Notes: generated by a model not told the origin, from the letters alone. A stretch of 64,000 bases of DNA from an uncultured Pseudomonadales bacterium (GCA_964607285.1 CAZSJW010000001.1:134716-198715); one strand, 5' to 3'. Positions 48,552 through 59,370 are shown, numbered from the stretch's first letter. Program-made: numbers and translations.

Positions 48552-49085
48552 CTATCCTTTTGTTAGTTCCCATACATCTGTGCCAAATTGATCCCAAGGC
48601 AACCTGTGTTCATCTGGAGCATGCATCAAAAATTGTTCACTTGTTGCGTATACCAAAGTCATGGGTTTCTCATAAATATTTGCGACGCCGTGTGCCACAC
48701 CTGAAGGAATTCTAAGCATGCGGTGCTTACCTGCTCCAAGTACTATTCTTTGGTGTACATCGAAAGTAGGAGAGTCTTGTCTGATGTCATGTAAATTTAC
48801 TAAAAGTCTGTCAAATGGTGAGCAAAACCACAAATCTTCCTGTTTGAAGTGAACATGATAGGCTTTGATGGTGTTTGGAACCATGACGGAAAAGCTTACT
48901 TGCTTAACTGTAAAGGCTGGTTCCAACTTTTCTACCTGAGCGTTGTCAAGTCTAAATAGCTCAGCAAAATTTCCTCCGTCATCAGTAAAAAACTGACATT
49001 CGGTAATTGAAACGCCCTCAATAGTTGGCATACTTTGATATGATTGAATAGTTACGTTCTCTCTATATTTTTGGTCGATATGCAT
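48552..49085 (-). CDS. rmlC: dTDP-4-dehydrorhamnose 3,5-epimerase family cupin
   Basis: IEGV, KAYHVH, DIRQDSPTF and IPSGVAHG; start at ATG 49085 after AAGGA. Confidence 0.88.
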   Translation of the reverse strand: MHIDQKYRENVTIQSYQSMPTIEGVSITECQFFTDDGGNFAELFRLDNAQVEKLEPAFTVKQVSFSVMVPNTIKAYHVHFKQEDLWFCSPFDRLLVNLHDIRQDSPTFDVHQRIVLGAGKHRMLRIPSGVAHGVANIYEKPMTLVYATSEQFLMHAPDEHRLPWDQFGTDVWELTKG

Positions 49086-49096
49086 GAGAAAATCCT

Positions 49097-50143
49097 TTAG
49101 CCAGTCGTGGCTGTGGTGGTACGATTTTGATATTGTGCAGTGAAGAAACTTGATTCCTTTGTCTTTAGCGGTTGCCACCAAGAAGTGTTGTTCCTGTACC
49201 AATCAATTGTCATTTGTAAGCCTTCTTCAAATGAAACTGCTGGCTTCCATCCCAGTTCTGTGGAAATTTTTGACCAATTTACACTGTATCTGCGATCGTG
49301 TCCAGCACGATCTTCAACATGCTCAAACATATCAGTTGGGTTACCCGTTAATGTAAGTATGCGTTGAACAACTTCAATGTTAGTTATATCTTCAGTTAGT
49401 CCCCCAACAACATACGTCTCCTGTGCAGCACCTTGCAGTAAAACAGCTTCAATAGCAGTACAATGATCTTGCACATACAACCAGTCTCGAATTTGCTTGC
49501 CATCTCCATAGATAGGAACTGGTTTTCCTTGCATACAATTCGTTATAGCTAAAGGTATGAGTTTTTCAGGAAACTGATATTCTCCATAATTGTTTGAACA
49601 ATTAGTTATTGTGTAAGGAACACCATAAGTTTCACCGTATGCTCTTACTAAATGATCCGAACTAGCCTTACTTGCTGAGTAAGGACTTCGTGGATCGTAC
49701 GGCGTAGTTTCAGAGAATTGTGCATGGGAGTCAAGTGGTAGTGTACCAAATACTTCATCCGTAGAAATGTGATGGAAGCGTTTCAATTTAGTTCGTCTGG
49801 CTGCTTCAAGTAGTTCGTAGGTACCAAGGACGTTCGTTTGCAAGAAAATGCCTGGGCCAGAAATCGAACGGTCTACATGTGTTTCCGCCGCGAAGTGAAC
49901 AATCATGTCACAATCTGCCACTAATGAAGAGACCAGCTGAGAATCATTTATTGATCCATGAACAAATGTGTAGTTTGAATGGTCAGAAATTGACCTAAGT
50001 GTTTCAACATTTCCGGCGTAGGTCAATGCGTCTAGATTGATAATTACATCATCTGGGTGTTGCTTGAGCCAATATAAAATAAAATTAGCACCGATAAAAC
50101 CTGCACCGCCAGTGACTAAAAGTGTTTGATGTGCCATTTCCAT
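49097..50143 (-). CDS. rmlB: dTDP-glucose 4,6-dehydratase
   Basis: VTGGAGFIG, LTYAGN, AAETHVDRS, STDEVFG, SPYSASK and NCSNNYG. Confidence 0.97.
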   Translation of the reverse strand: MEMAHQTLLVTGGAGFIGANFILYWLKQHPDDVIINLDALTYAGNVETLRSISDHSNYTFVHGSINDSQLVSSLVADCDMIVHFAAETHVDRSISGPGIFLQTNVLGTYELLEAARRTKLKRFHHISTDEVFGTLPLDSHAQFSETTPYDPRSPYSASKASSDHLVRAYGETYGVPYTITNCSNNYGEYQFPEKLIPLAITNCMQGKPVPIYGDGKQIRDWLYVQDHCTAIEAVLLQGAAQETYVVGGLTEDITNIEVVQRILTLTGNPTDMFEHVEDRAGHDRRYSVNWSKISTELGWKPAVSFEEGLQMTIDWYRNNTSWWQPLKTKESSFFTAQYQNRTTTATTG

Positions 50144-50221
50144 TCCTATCTAATGTTTATGATTTTGTCCTTCGTTCAGCTCTGATTATAGAAGGCAATA
50201 CCCCATAAGTGCAAGTTGGTA

Positions 50222-50422
50222 TCACTCAGTTTTTGGGCAGAATAATGAAAGATCTAGTATCTTAGCTGACAATTGTGAGTTTTTTCTGAGTGCTTGTTGG
50301 TATAACTCATGGTAGTACCCCGCAGTGATTGCTGTGAGTACTATGGATATGGAGAGAAACAAAACAATTAATTTTGGGGGAAGTGGCTGTAGTGCATTGC
50401 TCGTTTCCACAGTTTTTATCAT
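50222..50422 (-). CDS. Small single-TM protein
   Basis: 66 aa; ATGA-coupled to the LCP gene. Confidence 0.55.
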   Translation of the reverse strand: MIKTVETSNALQPLPPKLIVLFLSISIVLTAITAGYYHELYQQALRKNSQLSAKILDLSLFCPKTE

Positions 50423-51507
50423 GGAGAGTATCCCAAAATGGCCCTCACTTCATTTTTAAATAAGGGTATATCTCTAACTATATAGACCCATTGACCATTG
50501 TATGCATACTCAGGCGGGTGTACTAACACACCTGAAAGAGAATCAGGATAGATTGATAAAATACCTCTGGAAAATGTGATTGGCTTGTGAACAGTCACGC
50601 TTTGCACTACCAATGCAGTCAGTTCAGAGAGCGGTATTTCGTGCTCAAACTGATGTTTGTATACTTGACCAAGTTGAACAAGTATCTCTGGCTGCTGTAA
50701 GGTGTCAGCAGACAAAAGTTTTTCTGCAATGGCTGTAAGTAATTTTTGTTGCCTGGCTGAACGAGCTAAGTCTGTACCTTCTGATCCCGACGCATGCCGA
50801 CTGCGCGCGAACTGCAATGCACGAGTTCCATCAAGTGTTTGCGTTCCTTGTTCAAAGATCACAGTTTCATACAACTCATTTGGATCAGAAACTATAGTGA
50901 CATCCACATTTGATTTCGGAAATTGGCTGTCGGTAAATGATTGGTCTACATGGACCTGGACTCCACCTAGTGAATCAACTAGCTCTGCAACAGTGTCTAA
51001 AGTAACAACTACAGTATGATGAACCTCGATGTCAGTGAGGTTCTCGATTTCTGCTTCAACAAATCCAGCTGGTTCAAGATTTTTTTCTAAGGCACTGCTA
51101 AATAGTGCGTTGATACGAACGTCTAAATCCTCTATCCAGAGATCTCTAGGAAGTGAAATCATTGAAACAGTGTTAGTGTTTGTATCTAAAGAGACAATCA
51201 AAATAGTGTCAGTAAGAGGTTTGCTTCCAGGTCTTGTATCTAATACATCTAACCCAAGCACGAGAAAATTTTTATGACCAGCCGAGTCAACTGTTGGAGT
51301 TGTTTGCAGACCAGTTTGTACTGATTCAGAAACACTGCTCCAAGAGAATCCAGACTTAGTAAGAATACTTGTGGCTGAAGCAAGCCCAATTGTTGCCAAG
51401 ATAAGACCTGAGAGTGCAAGTAACAATACTGCAGAGAAAATAGACAGAAGTAAAGTAGTTATAAGAGTATTATTAAATGAAAAAATCGATGATTCTGTAG
51501 TTTTCAT
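50419..51507 (-). CDS. LytR-CpsA-Psr (LCP) family cell-wall polymer transferase
   Basis: N-terminal TM; NFLVLGLD, TDTI, SLPRDL, RIN, LGGV, ARSR and DLARSARQQ. Confidence 0.93.
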   Translation of the reverse strand: MKTTESSIFSFNNTLITTLLLSIFSAVLLLALSGLILATIGLASATSILTKSGFSWSSVSESVQTGLQTTPTVDSAGHKNFLVLGLDVLDTRPGSKPLTDTILIVSLDTNTNTVSMISLPRDLWIEDLDVRINALFSSALEKNLEPAGFVEAEIENLTDIEVHHTVVVTLDTVAELVDSLGGVQVHVDQSFTDSQFPKSNVDVTIVSDPNELYETVIFEQGTQTLDGTRALQFARSRHASGSEGTDLARSARQQKLLTAIAEKLLSADTLQQPEILVQLGQVYKHQFEHEIPLSELTALVVQSVTVHKPITFSRGILSIYPDSLSGVLVHPPEYAYNGQWVYIVRDIPLFKNEVRAILGYSP

Positions 51508-51563
51508 GGACAGATGTATCTTACCACTGCTGTGTAAGCAAGAGTACGCTACAATAATACCGT

Positions 51564-53264
51564 ATGTTTTATCGTGTTGGTATATCACTTCTATTGCTAT
51601 GTATTGTTGCTTCTGGCACCTGGTCTTTGTTAGCTAGTGGTTTTTATCGAGGACATGATTTTGTCCATGCCTCACGAATTGTGGAAATGAGCGCAGCCTT
51701 GCATGATGGCCATATTCCACCCAGATGGAGTGCTAACTTTGGATACGGATATGGCATGCCACTTTTTAATTTTTATGCACCGCTACCATATATACTTGGA
51801 GCTTTTCTCTATCAATATGTTTCTGTAATTACAGCCATAAAGTTGTTGATTGTGTGTGCCACTGTTGGTACGACTTTTGGTATGTACAAGCTCTCGAGAG
51901 ATTTTACAGGTCATATGGCAAGTATTGTTGCAGCACTAGCAGCGACAGTTGCGCCTTACAGGGCTGTAAATATTTTTGTGCGTGGTGCGCTTAGTGAAGC
52001 TTGGGGAATTGCATGGATTCCTTGGCTTTTTTTGGCATCCGCAAGAGTTGTCAGAAACAGAGGGGGTTTTCTACTTCTTAGTGTTGTTGTAGCAGGTATG
52101 GCTCTCAGTCATAATTTGGTTACGCTCATGGCAATTGTCAGTTCAGGAATTTGGGCAGCATTATTACTAGTGGGTGAGCGTTGGTATCACAAGCGCACGT
52201 ATCCTGAGCTTTTGCGCCGACTGGCGACACTCTTTACTGGGTATAGTGTGGGTTTTGGGTTGTCTGCTTGGTATGTTGTGCCCTCATTGATTGAAAAAAA
52301 TTATACGCAGATAGACCAAAAAATTTTGACGGGGTACTTCGATTTTCGATTGCATTTCTTGTACATACGCCAGCTGGTGATAAATAATTGGGGCTATGGT
52401 GGTTCAGAGTGGGGACCCGATGATGGTATTTCTTTCTTTCTTGGGTATGGTCAGTTGCTTGCATTAGCAGTATTTATAGGATATTTAGCATGGGGTTTTT
52501 CTGCAGCTATGCAAGGTAAAAAATTAAAAGACACTCAACAATATTATATTGCTTTTGCAACCATGATTACTTTGTTTGTAACGCTTGCTTTAACACTGTC
52601 ACATGCGCAGCCAGTTTGGGAGTATGTGCAGTATCTGAAATACCTCCAGTTTCCCTGGCGTTGGTTGAGCGTAAGCACTGTTTTGCTTGCTTTACTTGTA
52701 GGTTTTTCTATAGAGATTTTTACCTCAAAATATGTGCGTGCTGCTTTTGCGATTTTTATGAGTTGTGTGCTGCTGCTGTCTGCTACTCACTTTAGACCAG
52801 AGTCATTATTAGATGATACGGATTCCTTGTACTACACGGATCCCGCAAGAATTCGCACACACATGAGTGAGATACTTCCTGACTATATTCCCATTGATTT
52901 AGCAATCAATGATCTCAAGCCTGCAACTGTTATTTTAGAATCAAAGGGGGGAACAGAGTTACAAGAACATATTATTTCTAGAACGCATGAGCACTTAGTC
53001 CGTATTGATCAAGAAGCAACTGGTCCTGTTGAGTTCGCAATTGCCTATTTTCTTGGGTGGAGCGCGGAGGTTGATGGTAAACCATCATTAGTTGAACCTA
53101 ATGAGTTCGGTTTGATATCTATCACGATACCAGAAGGGAAACATGTCGTGGGCCTCTTTTTTTCGGAATCACCAATTAGGAGAGTAGCAAACACAATATC
53201 AGTGATTAGTGCGGTTATGCTAGTTGCATTTGGTTTCCAGAGAACCACTTTCCCGAAGAAATAA
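51564..53264 (+). CDS. YfhO/PTPS-related polytopic membrane protein (putative GT-C)
   Basis: GHD, PRW...GYGMPLFNFYAPLPY, RGALSE, SHN and QFPWRW. Confidence 0.8.
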   Translation: MFYRVGISLLLLCIVASGTWSLLASGFYRGHDFVHASRIVEMSAALHDGHIPPRWSANFGYGYGMPLFNFYAPLPYILGAFLYQYVSVITAIKLLIVCATVGTTFGMYKLSRDFTGHMASIVAALAATVAPYRAVNIFVRGALSEAWGIAWIPWLFLASARVVRNRGGFLLLSVVVAGMALSHNLVTLMAIVSSGIWAALLLVGERWYHKRTYPELLRRLATLFTGYSVGFGLSAWYVVPSLIEKNYTQIDQKILTGYFDFRLHFLYIRQLVINNWGYGGSEWGPDDGISFFLGYGQLLALAVFIGYLAWGFSAAMQGKKLKDTQQYYIAFATMITLFVTLALTLSHAQPVWEYVQYLKYLQFPWRWLSVSTVLLALLVGFSIEIFTSKYVRAAFAIFMSCVLLLSATHFRPESLLDDTDSLYYTDPARIRTHMSEILPDYIPIDLAINDLKPATVILESKGGTELQEHIISRTHEHLVRIDQEATGPVEFAIAYFLGWSAEVDGKPSLVEPNEFGLISITIPEGKHVVGLFFSESPIRRVANTISVISAVMLVAFGFQRTTFPKK

Positions 53265-53286
53265 AACCTTTACATATATACATACT

Positions 53287-54771
53287 ATGGAATCTAAACA
53301 ACAATCTAGCTCAGAGTCACAACACTCCATCGCCGTACTTAAGAAAAAAACTGTATCTGGTGCAGTTTCGTACTTCGGTCGAACACTTTTTTTGCAAGGC
53401 ATTGGGCTTGGTTCGGCAGTTATATTGAGTTGGCTATTAGAACCTGAAGATTTTGGTGTATACGGGTTTGTAATTCAAATTATTGGGCTACTTACTTTTG
53501 TGTCTGATATTGGTTTTGCTGCGGCTCTTGTACAGAAAAAACAAGAGCCGACAAATACGGATTACAGAACTACCTTTACAGTGCAGCAAGTTTTGTCATG
53601 GATAATAGTATTTGTGGTGCTTGCACTTATCTCGACTGGATTTGTTTCTAATAAAGCGGGTGTGAGTGCTGATTGGATATTACTAAGTTTAGCGATTTCA
53701 TTTCCTTTGGCCAGTTTTAAGACAATTTCCTCAGTAATTCTTGAGCGAAAACTAGAGTTTTCCAGATTAGTTATTCCCCAAATTGTAGAACAAATATTGT
53801 TTCACGGCATATTGATATGGCTTGCCTGGAAAGGATTTGGCGCGCTTTCTTATGCCTATGCGATCCTTGTGAGGTCAGTTGCGGGAACGGTAGTTATGTT
53901 GCTCATTGCGCCCTGGAGTGTTGGGCTTGCTCTAAATAAGGCTTCTTTCAAGGAATTATTTGGGTATGGAGTAAAGTTTCAACTAAATGATTTTTTAGCT
54001 AGAATAAAAGATCAACTGTTTTTTTTAGCACTTGGCCTGGTTATGCCTCTTAGGGAGTTTGGCTACATACAGTGGGCAAAAAATTGGTCACTGTACCCAT
54101 ACTTGCTGACTGTCCAAAATGTTATGGCGATTACTTTTCCAACATTTGCACGCTTGCAACATGACAAGAAACTTTTGGGAAGAGCAATTGAAAAAACTTT
54201 GTACTTTATTAGTCTAATTGTTTTCCCAATGTTAGTGGGAATGATTATTTTTATCAATCCAACACTCTCTTTAATTCCAGGATATGCTAAATGGCAACCT
54301 GCATCATATGCCTTCATATGGTTTACAGCAAGTGTTTTTTGGAGTGCTATCTCCACCCCACTTACAAATACTTTAAATGCGATTGGTAAAATTAACTCTA
54401 CATTGCGTCTTATGATTATGTGGACAACCATAACTTGGATTTTTGCTCCAATTTCTCTATGGATTTGGGGATACACAGGAGTTGCATTTGCAGCATTTCT
54501 TATGAGTTGTACTTCGTTTATTACTGTATATATGGTACAGAAAGAGATCTCATTTGGCTTCTTGAAATCAGTGGGGAAGCAGACGCTTGCAGCAGCGATC
54601 ATGCTCAGTGTTGGATTACTTGGTTTGGAAGTGTGGTACAAAGGCCCCTGGCACCTGATGGGTGGTATGATTATTTCTGCCAGTGTATACATGATCGCTT
54701 TCTTAACTCTTGGATGGAGGCAGTTTATTGTTGAAGTTGTGAGTTTGCGGACAGCAAAGGAAGTCAGATGA
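53287..54771 (+). CDS. wzx: Wzx-type oligosaccharide flippase
   Basis: LLEPEDFGVY, DIGFAAALVQK and many TM segments; heads a GT operon. Confidence 0.88.
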   Translation: MESKQQSSSESQHSIAVLKKKTVSGAVSYFGRTLFLQGIGLGSAVILSWLLEPEDFGVYGFVIQIIGLLTFVSDIGFAAALVQKKQEPTNTDYRTTFTVQQVLSWIIVFVVLALISTGFVSNKAGVSADWILLSLAISFPLASFKTISSVILERKLEFSRLVIPQIVEQILFHGILIWLAWKGFGALSYAYAILVRSVAGTVVMLLIAPWSVGLALNKASFKELFGYGVKFQLNDFLARIKDQLFFLALGLVMPLREFGYIQWAKNWSLYPYLLTVQNVMAITFPTFARLQHDKKLLGRAIEKTLYFISLIVFPMLVGMIIFINPTLSLIPGYAKWQPASYAFIWFTASVFWSAISTPLTNTLNAIGKINSTLRLMIMWTTITWIFAPISLWIWGYTGVAFAAFLMSCTSFITVYMVQKEISFGFLKSVGKQTLAAAIMLSVGLLGLEVWYKGPWHLMGGMIISASVYMIAFLTLGWRQFIVEVVSLRTAKEVR

Positions 54772-54772
54772 T

Positions 54773-55678
54773 ATGGGACTATCAGTTATAATTAACACTA
54801 AAAACGCAGTGAATACACTTGAGAGAGCAATTAGTTCCGTGCTATTTGCTGATGAAATTGTAGTTGTTGACATGCAGAGTACGGATGGAACAGTGGAACA
54901 TGCTAGGAAACTTGGTGCAACTGTTTTTACTCATAAGGATGTGGGATATGTAGAGCCAGCTCGGCAATTTGCTATCGAAAAAGCATTGCATGATTGGGTA
55001 TTGGTGCTTGATGCAGATGAAGTTATTCCTAAAAAACTTGCAGATGTTTTGCAGAACATCATAAGTAAACCAAGCGATGGTGAAATAGTCGCGTATGCAC
55101 TGCCCAGAAAAAATCGAATATTTGGGGAGTGGATATTGTTTGCAGGATGGTGGCCAGATTATCAAATTCGTCTTTTTCGTCGAGGTAAAGTGCAATGGTC
55201 CGAAGAAATTCACTCTGTACCCACAATCATGGGGAAAACAAGCGAACTTCCTGCAAATGCAAATGTGGCTATCGAGCACTACAACTATGAAACAGTTTCA
55301 GAATTTTTACAAAGGCTTGACAGGTACACAACCATTCAGGCTACATCTGATGGTATAAAGCAATCAGGTGTTACAGATGCATCAGTGGTTTCAGTGTTTC
55401 GTTCTGAGTTTCTCTCCAGACTTTTCGCTCAAGGAGGAATTAGTGGTGGAACTCACGGAATGTCATTAGTTTTTTTACAATCATTTTCTGAAGTTATTCG
55501 CCACGTAAAACAATGGGAACTAAGCGGCTTTACACCAAAGAAGGAGACACCAGAAAATCTCGTTGCTATACAGAGGTTCCAGTCTGAATTGGCGTACTGG
55601 ATAGCAGATAGACAAGTTAGACAATCATCGGGACTGAGCAAACTCTGGTGGAAATTAAGACGAAAACTTCAGGTATAA
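54773..55678 (+). CDS. GT2 glycosyltransferase (WaaE/KdtX-like)
   Basis: VVDMQSTDGT, LDADE, WWPDYQIRLF and IH. Confidence 0.9.
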   Translation: MGLSVIINTKNAVNTLERAISSVLFADEIVVVDMQSTDGTVEHARKLGATVFTHKDVGYVEPARQFAIEKALHDWVLVLDADEVIPKKLADVLQNIISKPSDGEIVAYALPRKNRIFGEWILFAGWWPDYQIRLFRRGKVQWSEEIHSVPTIMGKTSELPANANVAIEHYNYETVSEFLQRLDRYTTIQATSDGIKQSGVTDASVVSVFRSEFLSRLFAQGGISGGTHGMSLVFLQSFSEVIRHVKQWELSGFTPKKETPENLVAIQRFQSELAYWIADRQVRQSSGLSKLWWKLRRKLQV

Positions 55679-55690
55679 TAAAATCACACT

Positions 55691-56605
55691 GTGATACACG
55701 TATCTATTGTTATACTGCACTACAACACACCTAGAGAAACTCATTCCTGCCTGAGATCTCTAAAAGACGTAGTACTTACTAAGGGTAAGTGCTCGGTCAT
55801 TGTAGTTGATAATGCCTCTAGAGAGACTTTTCAGTTGACACAAACTGAGATTGCACAAGGAGTACAACTGATAAGAAGTAATAGCAACCTTGGCTTTACA
55901 GGTGGCAACAACTTGGGAATGCAGTATGCAGTTGAACAGTTCAACTCTGACTTTGTTTGTTTGCTCAATTCCGATACATTGGTAGCACCTACATTTTTGC
56001 AAAAGATGATCGTGTTTCTTGAGAATAATGCAAAAATTGGCGCTGTTTCACCTTTGATATATTTTGAAAAGAATCATGAGTACCATGCCAGTAGTTACAC
56101 TAAGGATGATAGAGGAAAAGTGATTTGGTTTGGTGGAGGAAGCATAGATTGGCATAATCTGCTTGCATTTCACAAACATGTAGATGAAGTGGATCGAGGA
56201 CAGGTTCGAGATTCAGTTCTTGAAGATTACCTAACAGGATGTTGTATGCTTATCCGTCGAGAAGTATTGGAAAAAGTAAATGGATTTGATAATCGGTATT
56301 TTCTTTATTTAGAAGACGTAGATTTGAGCATTAGAATACAGGAAGCTGGGTATAGTTTGGGGTTGTGTGCTGAATCAATCGTGTGGCACGCAAACGCTGG
56401 CTCGAGTGGCGGTTCTGGCTCATCTATTCACCAATACTACCAGACAAGAAATCGCGCTTTATTTTTTTGGAGCTACGGGACGATCAGACAAAAACTGACA
56501 ATCATGCGTTGGGCTGCTCGAGTACTTGCCACAGGAAAGTCTGTTGAGCGAAAAGCAGTGCTACATGTAATACTACAAAGATATGGAAAAGAAACAGCAA
56601 TCTGA
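55691..56605 (+). CDS. GT2 glycosyltransferase (rhamnosyltransferase WbbL-like)
   Basis: VVDNAS, NLGFTGGNN, LLNSD, GCCML and YLEDVDL. Confidence 0.9.
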   Translation: MIHVSIVILHYNTPRETHSCLRSLKDVVLTKGKCSVIVVDNASRETFQLTQTEIAQGVQLIRSNSNLGFTGGNNLGMQYAVEQFNSDFVCLLNSDTLVAPTFLQKMIVFLENNAKIGAVSPLIYFEKNHEYHASSYTKDDRGKVIWFGGGSIDWHNLLAFHKHVDEVDRGQVRDSVLEDYLTGCCMLIRREVLEKVNGFDNRYFLYLEDVDLSIRIQEAGYSLGLCAESIVWHANAGSSGGSGSSIHQYYQTRNRALFFWSYGTIRQKLTIMRWAARVLATGKSVERKAVLHVILQRYGKETAI

Positions 56606-57413
56606 AGAACCTACCATTAGTGCTTTGATACTGGCAAAAGACGAACAGGATATGTTGGAATCGTGTCTTTCATGTTTGAAATGGTGTGATGAGATTGTGT
56701 TGTTAGACACTGGTTCAAGCGACGACACAGTGCAAATAGCAGAACGTTTCGGCGCGCGTGTTATTAGATTCAAACATTCTTCATTTGCAAGATTACGAGA
56801 AGAGCTGCAAAAGCACGCTAGATCAGAATGGGTTTTTTTTGTAGATGCAGATGAGCGAGTTCTGCCAAAGCTTGCTAAGGAAATACAAGTACACATTGAA
56901 ACAAGTTCCGTTGCAGCGGTAAGTATGAAACGAGCTAACATTTTTTTTGGTAAGACACTCTCGTACGGTGGATGGGGTACTGAAATTGTGACTCGTGTTT
57001 TTAAGTCATCTGCACTAACTGGCTGGAAAGGTGATATTCACGAGAGTCCTGTGTTTGAAGGAGCTGTATCCACTGTAACAACGCCACTTGTTCACTTGAC
57101 TCACCGCAATACCAGGAGTGGTTTACTCAAGAGTGCAGCTTGGACTTGGATGGAAGCGCAAGCTTTACATCACTCAGGGATAGCAACGGTCACAATGTGG
57201 ACACTTTTAAGAAAAGGATGCATGGAGTTCATAAGAAGGATTTTTTTAAAAAAAGGTTATAAAGATGGAATGGAAGGTATTATTGAGGCGATTATTCAGT
57301 CATGGAATCGTGTTATTGTGTACATTCAAGTATGGGAGTTGCAACAAAAGCCAACTTTACCGCAACGGTACTCGTCCATTGAGTCTGAAATTGCTGAAAG
57401 CTGGAAGAAATAA
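56583..57413 (+). CDS. GT2 glycosyltransferase (WaaE/KdtX-like)
   Basis: LDTGSSDDT, VDADE and IHE. Confidence 0.9.
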   Translation: MEKKQQSEEPTISALILAKDEQDMLESCLSCLKWCDEIVLLDTGSSDDTVQIAERFGARVIRFKHSSFARLREELQKHARSEWVFFVDADERVLPKLAKEIQVHIETSSVAAVSMKRANIFFGKTLSYGGWGTEIVTRVFKSSALTGWKGDIHESPVFEGAVSTVTTPLVHLTHRNTRSGLLKSAAWTWMEAQALHHSGIATVTMWTLLRKGCMEFIRRIFLKKGYKDGMEGIIEAIIQSWNRVIVYIQVWELQQKPTLPQRYSSIESEIAESWKK

Positions 57414-58510
57414 TGTTAGTCGCAGTGTACTCACCCTATTTATCAGCACAAGTTATTGGTGGAGGAGAAAAGCACATTCTAGAGTTTGCCAGAGTCGTTG
57501 CCTTAAAGCACACTGTACACATAGCTTTGAGCAAAAATCCAACTGAGCCATTTACTCATCAAATAAAGAGGCTTTCAGATGCACTTCACTCATTCCTGGG
57601 GTGGTCCACAGATATGTTTACATTTGTCGAAACACCATTAGGTACATCGGCGGGAGCAATAGAAAAATTACTTTGGACTCAGCGATATGACTACTTGTAC
57701 TCTGTGACAGATGGTAGTTTGCATTTTAGTTTAGCTAAGAAAAACAATTTGCATATTCAGATACCTTTTACCAACTCGCATTCTTCAGTCATTGATAGGT
57801 TAAAATTGTTAAACTGGACTGTAAAAAATACAAACTCAGAATTTACCAAAAATATTGTAGAGAAAAGTTGGCAAACAAAGATACCATTTGTTCACCATCC
57901 CCTTGTGCAATTGGCTGAGTTTGCTCCAAGTACTAAAAAAAGCAATGTCATACTAAGTGTAGGCAGATTTTTTACACATTTGCATAGTAAACGTCAAGAT
58001 ATACTTATCGAGGCATTCAAAAAATTAGTGCTAACCTACCCTAAAACATTTTCGAGCTGGAAACTGGTGCTTGTAGGTCCTAATGATGATGAGCAATTCG
58101 TTCGTAGTTTACAGAAGCAGGCACGGGGATTGGCAGTTGAATTTTTCCACAATATAGAAAGAAAAACATTGGTAAAACTGTATAATTCATCACGATTGTA
58201 CTGGCATGCTTCAGGATATCAGCGTGATCCAATATCCAGTCCTGAAGCTGTGGAACACTTTGGTATTAGCATAGTTGAGGCGATGGCAAGTGGAGCAGTA
58301 CCCATTGTTGTAGGTTCTGGTGGACCTGCCGAGATTTTATCTGGAGATTTACGTGTACTGCAATGGCAGAGCATAGATGAGTGTGTAGCAATCACTTCAT
58401 CACTCATACATGAGAGTCAGGATGAAACTAAGCTAAGAACAGCATGCATACATCGAGCAAAGGATTTTTCAGAAAAAGTATTTGAATCTAAAGTTTGGCA
58501 AATGATATGA
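57413..58510 (+). CDS. GT4 glycosyltransferase
   Basis: GGGE, SVGRF, K.QD and EHFGISIVEAMASG. Confidence 0.92.
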   Translation: MLVAVYSPYLSAQVIGGGEKHILEFARVVALKHTVHIALSKNPTEPFTHQIKRLSDALHSFLGWSTDMFTFVETPLGTSAGAIEKLLWTQRYDYLYSVTDGSLHFSLAKKNNLHIQIPFTNSHSSVIDRLKLLNWTVKNTNSEFTKNIVEKSWQTKIPFVHHPLVQLAEFAPSTKKSNVILSVGRFFTHLHSKRQDILIEAFKKLVLTYPKTFSSWKLVLVGPNDDEQFVRSLQKQARGLAVEFFHNIERKTLVKLYNSSRLYWHASGYQRDPISSPEAVEHFGISIVEAMASGAVPIVVGSGGPAEILSGDLRVLQWQSIDECVAITSSLIHESQDETKLRTACIHRAKDFSEKVFESKVWQMI

Positions 58511-59370
58511 AAAAGCAGCCAATCAGTGTCATAATACCGAATTATTCTGGCTATACGTTGTTGCAAAAGCACTTGCCAGATGTATTTACAAGTTTGCAGA
58601 GTGGTGACGAAGTTATTATTGTTGATGATGCAAGCCCTGATAAAAGTGTAGCCTGGCTCAAAAAAAAATTTGTTCTGAAAATGGTTTCGTTAGATGAATA
58701 CAGGGGTCAGTGGCAGTTGGGCAAAAAGAAAGGTGATTTACGACTTCTGATAAACGGATCAAACTTGCGATTTGCCGCAACATCCAATAAAGGTGTCTCT
58801 GCTGCTCGTAATGATCTTATATTTCTGATAAATACAGATGTCTCTCCAGTTGGTGAATGCAGGAATACTTTAGTATCATGGTTTGATGACCTTTCGATTT
58901 TTGCTGTAGGTTGTTTGGAGTATGAAGAATATATAGGAGGAACTGAAAGCGGTAAGAATGTGCTCTGGTTTGAAAAAGGACTTTTTTTTCATGCTAAAGC
59001 GAACAACATGAACACTGGACCAACTGCATGGGTAAGTGGGGGTAGCGGCATGTTTAGAAAAAAGATATGGAAAAAGCTGCACGGCTTTGATATACAATTT
59101 GCTCCTGCATATTGGGAAGACATAGATTTAAGCGTTCGAGCAGGTGATTTGGGATATTCCGTTATTTTTGATAGATCAGCTGTTGTATTACATCAACATG
59201 AGAGCACAAATGCTCATACCTTTGGTAGCAAGACTTTATTGAAAATGAGTTGGAAGAGTGCTGACCTTTTTACCCGAAAACACGCATCAGTATCTCAGAT
59301 GGTCTCCTACTATTTTTGGAGACCACTTTGGTGGTGGCAACGATTTAAAGTTATACGACTAAGCAGCTAA
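58507..59370 (+). CDS. GT2 glycosyltransferase
   Basis: SVIIPNY, VDDASPD, INTD and YWEDIDL. Confidence 0.9.
   Translation: MKKQPISVIIPNYSGYTLLQKHLPDVFTSLQSGDEVIIVDDASPDKSVAWLKKKFVLKMVSLDEYRGQWQLGKKKGDLRLLINGSNLRFAATSNKGVSAARNDLIFLINTDVSPVGECRNTLVSWFDDLSIFAVGCLEYEEYIGGTESGKNVLWFEKGLFFHAKANNMNTGPTAWVSGGSGMFRKKIWKKLHGFDIQFAPAYWEDIDLSVRAGDLGYSVIFDRSAVVLHQHESTNAHTFGSKTLLKMSWKSADLFTRKHASVSQMVSYYFWRPLWWWQRFKVIRLSS

Noticed and set aside
54063-54692. 209-aa antisense ORF in wzx and the many other 60-150-aa shadow ORFs
   Set aside because: They lie opposite or within well-supported genes and lack motifs or initiation signals; expected by-products of codon bias.
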